Below are positions 19,904 through 29,482 of a stretch of 45,568 nt of DNA, piece by piece. Source of the DNA: Myxococcota bacterium (lineage in GTDB: Bacteria; Myxococcota_A; SURF-8; G963663525); NCBI GenBank assembly GCA_963676915.2, contig CAXXVK010000007.1, forward strand, positions 1 to 45,568. Direction: 5' to 3'. The stretch's first letter is position 1. Each line of letters begins with the position of its first letter. The position numbers were made by a program, and so were the translations under genes. A model generated the notes under the pieces. It saw only the letters and a program-made list of their open reading frames with translations. It did not search any database and was not told the DNA's origin.

Positions 19904-19971
19904 ACGGTCGTTTTGAGTAGGGTTTATTCGCAACATCTTGGAATCTTTAACGAAAATTAGGAGTGGGACAT

Positions 19972-20907
19972 ATGATACGCCGACTGTCGGTTGCATTTTT
20001 CGTGCTGATGCTTTTTCCTTTCACGCTTCAAGCGCAAACCACGAGTGTGGTGGTTGTGGATGAAGTGCATATGCCGACCGTAAAAATGATCGGAGAAGCT
20101 CGTGGTGAGTTGGCTCGCCTGATCGATGCGGAAGGACGTTACAAAGCTTTGCAGCGCGACGAAGTGGGAGGTATCGAAAACTACGTCAAGAAAAACGTCA
20201 CCTTCGTACTGAAAGTGACCTATCACAAAAAAGGCGATTTCGAACTGGTATGGGAGAAGGTCGGTCTCGAACCTCAAGTATACACCTCCAAACTTGGACG
20301 CGGTGCCGGGTTGAAAAGACTTGGATTCGAAGTCGAAAAAGCGCTTGTAGGATTCGGGGCTTACACAGTTCCGAAACGGATGTACGTACTGAAGATTCAG
20401 GCCAAAGCCGAAGGCGAACCTGGTGACGGCGGGTTGGCGGAAGGTGCCGTTGAAGATTATTTATCCTCCCAGTGGCGACGGATTCCCACCGATGATTACA
20501 ACTGGCCGATCGGGAAAAAGCATTGGAAAGCACTGACCAAAGGAAACAAGAAAGCTTTGTCGGTATTAAAAGAAGCTTCCAAGGCCGATGTGTTGATTCT
20601 CGGGGACGTGACCATTCCCAAGCTGAAAAATATTGGTGGCGCGCAAGACAACCTCTACCGAGGAACGGCGAAAGTCGATGTTCGTGCCTATGATATGGCT
20701 TCCGGCGAATTGCTGGGACAGGCTTTGGTCAATCTGAAAGGACAGGGGCAGTACAGCGAAATGGTCTTCACCTTAATGGCCAACGCAGGCGAGTACATCG
20801 GCAAGGAAATGGCTGCAAGCATGGGTGTTCCCGAGAAAAAAGCCCAGGAAAACCCGGCGGAAGGCGATTTCCCCAGCGATGGTCGTAACCCCAAAGAAGA
20901 TTACTGA
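19972..20907 (+). CDS. Secreted hypothetical protein; C-terminal half resembles the CsgG/FlgT-middle (TolB-N-like) fold
   Basis: Signal peptide ending LQA-Q; ADVLILGDV...VDVRAYDMASGELL pattern. Confidence 0.6.
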   Translation: MIRRLSVAFFVLMLFPFTLQAQTTSVVVVDEVHMPTVKMIGEARGELARLIDAEGRYKALQRDEVGGIENYVKKNVTFVLKVTYHKKGDFELVWEKVGLEPQVYTSKLGRGAGLKRLGFEVEKALVGFGAYTVPKRMYVLKIQAKAEGEPGDGGLAEGAVEDYLSSQWRRIPTDDYNWPIGKKHWKALTKGNKKALSVLKEASKADVLILGDVTIPKLKNIGGAQDNLYRGTAKVDVRAYDMASGELLGQALVNLKGQGQYSEMVFTLMANAGEYIGKEMAASMGVPEKKAQENPAEGDFPSDGRNPKEDY

Positions 20908-20917
20908 TTCCGGTACG

Positions 20918-21601
20918 TTGGAGAATTTTCCTTCCACTGAAATTCTGTTGGAACTCTACGGGAACCTACGAAACCATTTCGGTGACGCGCATTGGTGGCC
21001 CGCTGAGACGCCGTTCGAAGTCTGTGTCGGTGCTGTTCTGACACAGAACACGAACTGGAACAACGTCCGTCGGGCTATCGACAATCTGCGGGCGGATGGA
21101 CTTCTTGACGTGCGTTCGTTGCAATTCGTTTCGGTCGAAGACCTGGCGCATCGAATTCGTCCCGCAGGCTATTTCAACATCAAAGCCAAGCGCTTGAAAT
21201 CGCTGGTGGATTTCATCTGGCGACGCAGTCGGGGGGATTTTTCGTGTTTTGAGGCGTTTTCTACCGAAACATTGCGCCGCGATCTGCTCGACGTTCATGG
21301 CGTCGGTCCCGAAACCGCCGATTCGATTCTTTTGTACGCTATGGAGCGACCGGTGTTCGTCATCGATGCTTACACTCGGCGCATTGTTCACCGGCTTGGA
21401 TGGACAGAAGCCGCCCCGGACTATCACAAGCTGCAACAGGCGTTTGTCTCCCGGTTGCCTGAAGATGTCCCTCTTTTCAACGATTTCCACGCCCAGTTCG
21501 TTCGTCTCGGAGCCGAGACCTGCAAACCGAAGCCAGATTGTTCAAAATGCCCGTTATCGCGTGAGTTTTGTGCGTTTTCCCAAAACGAAGCCGGTTTGTA
21601 A
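20918..21601 (+). CDS. HhH-GPD endonuclease III-related DNA glycosylase with [4Fe-4S] motif (start uncertain)
   Basis: WWP..PFEV.VGAVLTQNT.W, GVGPETADSILLY, FVIDAY, C-x5-C-x2-C-P..C cluster. Confidence 0.9.
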   Translation: MENFPSTEILLELYGNLRNHFGDAHWWPAETPFEVCVGAVLTQNTNWNNVRRAIDNLRADGLLDVRSLQFVSVEDLAHRIRPAGYFNIKAKRLKSLVDFIWRRSRGDFSCFEAFSTETLRRDLLDVHGVGPETADSILLYAMERPVFVIDAYTRRIVHRLGWTEAAPDYHKLQQAFVSRLPEDVPLFNDFHAQFVRLGAETCKPKPDCSKCPLSREFCAFSQNEAGL

Positions 21602-21725
21602 AACATGACCGGAATTAGTTGATTCTCTTTGGGTCTTCCCCTAGAATCATGCCATTCGAAACGACGCGAACCCGATGACAAAATCGGGAAAATCCGCACG
21701 GACTTACCCCTACGGAGGAATCATT

Positions 21726-22991
21726 ATGGAATCATTGCGTGAACGGTTGAAAATCGATGCCGGACGGTTGGATGAAGTCAATGCTTTTATCCTGGACCCG
21801 GACAACCCGATGATCGGACGCTTGTTGGAAATCGTCGAGCACTTCGGAGGACCGGAGGCGATCAACGCCAAGGCTGCAGAGGCTCGAAAGCTGGATAACC
21901 TATTGGAACGATTGAAGAACGAGGGTTCCTCCTATTACGACGACGTGCAGTGGCTGATCCGAAAACGGGACGAAGGCGCGTTTATCAAACTGGAAGACTG
22001 GCGTAAAAACGTGCTGGGCGAAGAACAGGCGAAACAGCCGGTCAATCAAGAGAACGCCGTTACCTTGGAAATCAGCGCCTTGCAGTTCTTCCCGTGGCTG
22101 ATGACCCAGGCCAAGCAGGCAATCGAACGTGGCGAGTTGATGCCGGGGCGCTACATTCGCGTAAGGAATATGGCCGAGCAGAGCCGTGACAACGGTGACA
22201 TTCTGGCCGTAGCCGCAGCGATGCAGGTGGTCGGAGCAAGTTATGTGGAAACCCTCGATACCAAGGGGACCGACGGCTCGAACGTTCACCTTGGCGGACC
22301 GGAAACCATCACCGGATATTTCGGAGGTGTCGGACAACCCAACGATCATCCGTTCCAATGGGTGGAGGAATACCTCCGCTTTTATACCGAGTACGGCGTC
22401 CGGCAGGTGCTCAACGTGAATCCCGGAACGATTCTCGCAGGATACATGTTGCACAAACTGGGAATCGACAACGAGTTCAAGATTTCCGTCTACATGGGCA
22501 ATGACAATCCGTTTTCCGTGCTCTGGACCCTGATGACGGCTCGTCTGTTGTCTCGCGAGGACGGCACCACCTCGCTGATCGGTTTCAATTTCAGCAATTC
22601 GGTGAACAACGACACCATTCGCGAGGCCAGCCGTATTCGTAAATCGCTGGGTTTGGAGAAAGTTGTGCGATTCGAGCATCACATTACCGAAACATACAAA
22701 TCGATCGTGATTCAGCCGTATTTGCGTCGTGACGAGTTGGTGGATGTGGCTGCCGACGTGCCGAACATCAGTGCGAAACACGAGGGTGGAGACCCCGAAA
22801 TCGATGGCACGCGGGAGCATCCCAGTGACATTCTCGATTATTTCCTGCCCAAGGAAGAAATCGAAAATCAGGGGATTTACACGGCGATGGAAAACAACTA
22901 CCTCGACAAGCACGAGGCACTCAACCGCACCGCGAAAGATTTGGCCAAGGCTGGTATTGGATTTGTGTGTGCAAAAAACTTACATACTTAA
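21726..22991 (+). CDS. Cytoplasmic hypothetical protein (about 421 aa), function not recognised
   Basis: GGAGG RBS, long ORF with host-like codon usage; enzyme-like segments DTKGTDGSNVHLGG, FEHHITE, SAKHEGG. Confidence 0.8.
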   Translation: MESLRERLKIDAGRLDEVNAFILDPDNPMIGRLLEIVEHFGGPEAINAKAAEARKLDNLLERLKNEGSSYYDDVQWLIRKRDEGAFIKLEDWRKNVLGEEQAKQPVNQENAVTLEISALQFFPWLMTQAKQAIERGELMPGRYIRVRNMAEQSRDNGDILAVAAAMQVVGASYVETLDTKGTDGSNVHLGGPETITGYFGGVGQPNDHPFQWVEEYLRFYTEYGVRQVLNVNPGTILAGYMLHKLGIDNEFKISVYMGNDNPFSVLWTLMTARLLSREDGTTSLIGFNFSNSVNNDTIREASRIRKSLGLEKVVRFEHHITETYKSIVIQPYLRRDELVDVAADVPNISAKHEGGDPEIDGTREHPSDILDYFLPKEEIENQGIYTAMENNYLDKHEALNRTAKDLAKAGIGFVCAKNLHT

Positions 22992-23296
22992 GATTTGTTA
23001 TTAAATATTGTGTAAGTGGTGTGGTTGAAAGAGTGAGAAAAAAGACGATAAACCTGTTAATTTTGGCCGTGTCGTGAAAAAAAAGGGTTCCAGGCGTCTA
23101 ATTGTCATTGGGCGACAAGGGAAAATGCCCTTTGTGAGCAAAAATCGGTGCTCGTTAATACGAGCCTGTATACAACTTTAACTTGACCCTGGATAGGGTA
23201 GGAAGCTACATTTGGGTGGCTTCAGACTTTTCTATGTACGAGTCGCAAAAGAACAAAAGACGTATACGTTTGACCCATTTTCTCGGGGAGTGTGTG

Positions 23297-26200
23297 ATGA
23301 GGAATCCGCTTAGGTATTCAACGAAAAGTTTGGTCTGGCTTGCGATCCTTCTAATGACGGTCCCGTGGGGCTGTTCCGAGGAAGGCGTTGGAAGTCCGGG
23401 CGGGGGACTGCTCGACGATGCGGTCAAAGACATGGAGGGGATGAGTCCAATTCCCCAGCCGGGGTATCCGGTCAATGAAAAGCTCCGTGGTCTCGGCACG
23501 TTACGCCTGACCAACACCGCCATCCAGTTCCTGGAGGACAACGGCACCGATATCATCATGCAAGCGCTGGGTGACAGCCTTGTGATCGATGATCTGGAAT
23601 ACGATGTTCCGGTTCTCGGCACGTTATCTCTGAATCAGCCGATTACCATCGACCTACAGTCGATTCATATCGATCTGACGCCTTCGGATATTCTTACGGC
23701 GACAATCACCGCCGCTCCTCTGTTCGTGGATGCCGCTATCGGGGAATGCCAATACACGATCCGAACGAACAATAACCTTGTGATTCCGGTAGAAATCCAG
23801 TTGAAGATCGATCAATATTCCTATCGGCTGTACCCGAAGGTTGAAGTGCTGGACATCCCGTTGGGCGATGTCGATATCCAGTACACCGGATGCACTGGTA
23901 ACTTTTTGGAGTGCCTGGGATGCTGGGTCGAGGGTGGAATCGCCGAGTTGGCGGACAATCTGCTTCCGGCCATCAGCGGCTTGATTCAGGAACCGGTGAA
24001 AAACCTGATCGACGAGCAATTGGAAGGAATGCTTTGTGGTCGATGCGAAGGGGACAGCGATTGCCGCACATTGCATGGTTACACCTGCAAAGACGGGAAC
24101 ATCTGCCGTCTGGCCGACGGAACCTGCGACTGGATGTTGATCGGTCTGGAACAAGCCTTCGACCTTGGACCGATGCTGGCAGGTTTCATGCCTGGTCTGG
24201 CCGCCGAGTTGTGGTTCAGTCTCGCCGCAGGATATCGGGTGGATATTCCGCAGGATGAATCCTATCTCGATCTCAATCTGTTCGGTGGCACGACGCTTCC
24301 CTGTCGGCTCTGTCCCAGCGGTTCGGATGATGAATGTGGCTCGGATTACAGTTGCTTCAATTACGTTTGCCGCGCCAGTCCCACCGACTTGTGCGAGCTT
24401 GATCCGGCCAAAAGCGAACCTTGCGTCGATCCGATGTATTTCGGTGGCAACCCTGACCTTCCACGTACGGACATCGGCCGCACGGTTCCGGGAACCGGCG
24501 AAGCCTACATGGTGGGTATCGCGCTGCGCGAGGAAATGCTCGACCAGTTGGGGTACACGCTCTACAACTCGGCCCTTTTGTGCATGACACTCGATAGCAA
24601 CATGCCGAGCGTGGGTGGATATCTCGATCTGATCTGGACGTTTTACGGCGGTATTTCGAACCTCGTTCCCGGCGGCAATCCTCCGACGGCGATCCAGCTT
24701 CAGCCTTCTCCGCCGCTGGATGATAGCAACCCGATCGAATTCACCATCGGTCAGAACACCTGGCATTACGAAGACGAGGAAGGCACGGACTACGGCCACA
24801 CCTGCCCGGACAGCGAAGAAATCGCCTGTACGGCCAAGGTGGACGAACCGCTGCTTCGTATCGACATCAACGGCCTTCAGCTTCACATGTACGCCATGGT
24901 GGACGAGCGCTGGTATCGGGCCTTTACACTCAAGATGGATATCGGACTACCCCTTGCCATCGATCTGACCGACGGTATGCTGCTGCCGATCATCGACATC
25001 GGTGGATTGGAAATCAAAAATATTACAGCCCCTTATTCCGCCCTGGATCTGGATCTCGCCGCTACGGCGGACAATCTCGGTGGCTTGTTAGGCGCGGTTA
25101 TGCCGATGCTCAGTAATCTGGTTCCTGCCATGGAACCGATGGAAATCCCGATGGCTTTCGACTTCAATCAGGATCACGTTACCGATATCCGGTTGGTTAT
25201 CAACGCATTGAAGGGAATCGACGCCAAAGATACCATGGAAACCCAGTTCGGTGCCTTGGGAATCTACGCTTCCATGGAAGTACCTTCGGGTGCCCGTACC
25301 GTGGAACAGACCACGGTGGTGGATACCGAAATCGTCAAGATCGAACGCCGCACCATGCCGACCACCGAAGAATTGCGCCAGGGACAATGGCCGTCGTTGG
25401 TTCTGCGGGTGGATGGCTCGGACCTCGACTTCGACAACGACAACCTCGAATACCAGTACCGCGTCGATCAGACGGCCTGGTCGATGTGGATTCCCAGCAA
25501 CCTTCTGGCGATTCAAAGTCCCATGTTGGCCGCTCAGGGTGAACACACCATTTACGTAAGAGCACGAGACCGACGCGACGGAAGAAGCTGGGACCGCCTG
25601 CCCGCCGAAATCACAGTGCGCACGGACTGGACGGCTCCCGAGATCCGCGTCATGCAGGACAACAACATCGTCCGATTCGACGTTCATGACAACACCAGCA
25701 ACGCTTCCGGTATCGTGACCCGTTGGCGCGTTGCTGGAGACAGTACCTGGAGTGAGGCGAATCAAGTGAAACTCGATGCCCTTAACCTGCCGGTGACGTT
25801 GGAAGTCAGTGCGACCGACGAAAGCGGTAACGAAGCGATCGTTACGAAAGAAGTGAAAGAAAAACTGCCTCGGGAAATTCTGCAGACCGGTCAGCAGACC
25901 CAGGATATATTGTCTCCCGAAGACGCCAAGCGGATGCTCGAAGGTCGCGTAGGCTGTTCGGGAACCGATGCCAAAGCGGCCTGGTGGATGCTCTTCCTGT
26001 TGCTGCCGCTGTTCCTGCTTCGAAGAAAACCTCAGGATATCAAAGCCTTAGTACTTCTTCCCGCTTTGCTGCTTCTTGTCACCGCTTGTGACAGTGGAAG
26101 CACCGGAGCTCCCTGCACTGAAAATTCGGATTGCGGGGTAGGGGAGATGTGTCAGGCTGGCGTCTGCGTGCCGGAGAGCATCGAATGCCTCAGCAACGAC

Positions 26201-28691
26201 GATTGCCATCGCTGTGACATGTGTCAGTCCGGGCAATGCGTCGCTCGTGGCGATGTCTGCGAATGCTCGGAAGATGAACCCGAGTGCTGGGACGGCTACG
26301 TTTGCGACACCGAACAGGGAATCTGTGTGGTGGACGAAGGCGGACAAGACTGCGTAGACGGTGAATGCCCCTGTACGGATGGCGAATGCCCACCGTGCTA
26401 CTACTGCTCGAAAGCTACGGATACCTGCAAGGTACAGCTTTGCGATCCTGAGTGTACCAATTCCGAAGAACTGGGAATGCTACCCTGTTACGACCAGAAA
26501 GAGCATAAGGGCGAACCCGACACCTGCGCCGTTTGTACGATCCGTGAAGGTCGTCCCAACGAGTGTGTCGCACCGCAATGCGAATCGGACGAAGACTGTT
26601 CTTGCCGTGTCTGCCCCGATGGCGATCCGCCTGCCGTGTGTACCTCCACCAAGGAATGCGTATGCCGCAAGCCTTGCGGTGGCGTTTGTCCGGGTGAAGA
26701 GGAAGGCATCGGCGGTTGCTGCCTGCCGACGGATACCTGTTATACCTGCAAGGGCTGGTGCGAAGATGTCGAATGCCCGCCGTGGCAGGAAGCCGGCGGT
26801 TGCGATCCAACCGATACCGACGAATGCAACGTCCCGCCGTACAATCTTCCGCGCTGGACGCTGTGCGACAACTATGAGCCGGATAGCTGCTCTTACAGCG
26901 GTCCCGGATCCGCCGACCACTCGACCTGTGCCTGCCGGGACAAGCCTCCTCTAGATGTCGGCAAGGTTGGACGTTTCCATTCCATGACCGAATACCAGAC
27001 CGAAGTTAACGGCAACCCTGTCAACCGGCTGTTCTTTGCTTCTTACAACGACACCTACGGCGATCTGGTTGTTGCGGACGTGATGCGTAATCAGGCGATG
27101 TTCGGCCAGGGTGGATGACGAAGACTGGGTGTTTTTGGATGGTATTCCCGACGAAGTGCCAACTGCTGAACCGACGGGACCGCGTGGCGGTGTCGCCCAG
27201 ACAGGAGATGATGTCGGTCGCTATACCTCGGTGGTCGTCACCTCCGAAGGTCATCCTCGGATCGTGTACCAGGATGTGGAAAACGGCGATTTGATTCTGA
27301 TGTGGCACGATGGTCCTGAAGTTGTGGTCGAACCGGACGGCGACGTGGACGAAGAAGCCGAAGATGAAGCGACCGAAGAGGAAGCCGAGGAGGAAACCGG
27401 CGGATCGCGCAACCTGCGGGATGAAGAAGAGGAAACCCAGATCGTCTGGAAACGCATGGTGATCGATAGTGCCGGAGATACCGGATATTACAACAAAATC
27501 TATCTCGACGAGCAGGAACGCCCGATCATTCTGTACATGACGGCTACTACGGAGGACCGTAAATACAGCCAGTTGAAAATCGCCATGTCCACAACGCCGA
27601 ATCTATCTCTTGATAGCCTGAAGGACGACTGGATCATCGGTGTTCTCGACCAGGTACGAATTGCCGGAGATGCCTGTGCTTCCGTAGAAGGCGGATGCGA
27701 AGGCGACAACCAGATTTGTGTGTGGGATTATTCACTCGATGATGATCGTTGCATCACCAACAATGACGTGGGTAACGATTGTATGCCGGAATGCGATGAA
27801 GATACGGCCGTGTGTGTCGATGGATACTGCCTGCCGGTTCGCACGGCGACCGGTCCTACCGGACTGGCTCGCGGAACGGGTATTCGTCCGCAGATGACGA
27901 TTTTCCCGGATGTCCAGCCCATGAATTACGGCAAAGTCTGGATTACCTACTATCACCACGACACCTTCACTGCCGGGCAGTGGGCCACCCATGGAAATCT
28001 GATGCGTATTCGCCTGGATTCGATGTTTACGCCGGAATCCTTGGCCGCTGCGATCGATCAGGACACCCGCCGCGTGGTGGGTTGGGTGCCGCAGATCATA
28101 CTCGGTACGCCTTCGGCCTGGGCGGATGGCGATATCGGACGTTTCTACAGCATGGATGTGGCCAACACAGGCGCTTTCGTGATGTCGTTCTACAACGCCG
28201 ATATCAACCGTGTTGGGATCTGGTACGACATGAATCTTGGCGGCGGATTGCAGGCCTATTACATGGACGACGGTTTCCGACGTGATGATGAAGACAACTT
28301 CTACCGGGCGAAAGTCGGTGCAGACACGCAGGTGCGGCTGGTTTCCGGTGAAATCATGTTGGCGTACCAGAATCAGACCGATGGTCAATTGTTGCTCAAA
28401 TCATTCGGTGGATTGAGCCTCGATAGCTACAACCCGAACCTGTACACCTGCGACGAGCCGGACAATCCCTGCGTGGTTCCGATGCGCTACTATCCCGAAA
28501 CGGTTCTTGGAGGAACGCCGGTTCATGACGATCATGGTCACAACCACGGCTTCTTCATCAACTTCCTCAAAATCGAAGATGGAGCTTCGGGAATCATCTC
28601 TTCTTACTTCCTGCATCTGAACAACCAGAATGTCGATGAGGGAGAAGAAGCGGAACCCCATGAATTCAAAGTGGAACTCTTCATTCCATAG
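23297..28691 (+). CDS. Giant Cys-rich lipoprotein/polyprotein: LBP/BPI-like region, Ig-like region, internal MYXO-CTERM-like signal, second lipoprotein signal, Cys-rich repeats, beta-propeller-like domain; frameshift at about 27110
   Basis: ORFs 23183-27118 and 27111-28691 join as FGQVDDEDW if one G is removed from CAGGGTG. Lipobox PWG-C; GCS...LFLLLPLFLLRRK; LLLLVTA-C; repeated VGR(F/Y).S...Y blades. Confidence 0.8.
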
Positions 28692-28710
28692 AGATTGTTT
28701 CACGTTTTTC

Positions 28711-28739
28711 AAAGGGGCGACCTTGCGTCGCCCCTTTTT
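28711..28739 (+). terminator. Rho-independent terminator
   Basis: AAAGGGGCGAC-cttgc-GTCGCCCCTTTTT. Confidence 0.85.
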
Positions 28740-28843
28740 GGTTGTTCGGTCGCGTCTCTTTCCTTCTTCAAGAGAAAATATAGCCGTTATCATTTGCTTT
28801 TAGCGATCCTTCCCCTTTTGGTTGTGGGTGTCATGGGCGAACC

Positions 28844-29304
28844 GTAGGTTGCCTATGGTTATCGTTCGACCACGGGCAAGCAGACGTTTCACCGCCACCC
28901 TTCGTTTCCATGATTCTCTATCGCTAAAACCAAACAATAACGGCTATACAATGAACGGCGTTCGTTTTTGTTCGTTTATTGCAAGGTTCCTGCAACGAAT
29001 TGGGTTTCAAGGATAAACCCAGCTACAAACGCGCGTAAAAATAAAGGTCGGGCAAGAAATGCGCCCGACCTGCAGACTGATACTATTTCGCTATCAAGTA
29101 TCGAAAAACATCTCGCGTAGGTTGGGCAAATTTCTTGACCGACAATGCCAAGGTGTCGAGCTAAAAATTAACCCGACCTCAGCTTGCTGATTAAGTGGTT
29201 TTGACGTTTTAGATCTTCAATAATTTCAACAAGTTATAGACGGATGATTGTTTCAAGTGGGGTTTGTCAACAGTCTGTGTCGGGCTAAAAATTAGCCCGA
29301 CCTA
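28844..29304. repeat. Cluster of GTAG-type REP-like hairpins
   Basis: Hairpins at 29001-29026, 29045-29071, 29117-29143, 29154-29179, 29278-29304 with consensus (GTAG)GTCGGGC...GCCCGAC(CTAC). Confidence 0.7.
29180..29277 (+). mobile_element. MITE-like family-2 element (98 bp) flanked by 26-bp direct repeats
   Basis: Imperfect terminal inverted repeats CAGCTTGCTGA / TCAACAGTCTG; flanks 29154-29179 and 29278-29303 differ at 2 of 26 positions. Confidence 0.7.
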
Positions 29305-29369
29305 TGGGATTATCCGCTTTCACCGAGATGTAAGAAATTTGATCGTTGAAGGCGAAATGGTATGAAAAG

Positions 29370-29433
29370 AGTCTGTCGATGATGAAAGAAGAGTTTTCAC
29401 ATCGTAGCAGGGTATTCATGAATACTACGGGTT
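29370..29433 (+). mobile_element. MITE-like family-1 copy, internally deleted
   Basis: AGTCTGTCGATGATGAAA...GTTTTCACATCGTAGCAG...TTCATGAATACTACGGGTT. Confidence 0.6.
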
Positions 29434-29482
29434 CGATGTGGCTCACCAATCCGTTGATTCAGAACCCCTGCCGTCATCGGAC

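Noticed and set aside
27111-28691. Independent gene starting at GTG 27111
   Set aside because: It has no signal peptide despite extracellular Cys-rich content, and the propeller blade pattern continues across the junction. Treated as a frameshifted continuation, though a real split cannot be excluded.
29001-29304. CRISPR array
   Set aside because: The hairpin units vary in sequence, orientation and spacing, and there are no cas genes; REP-like instead.
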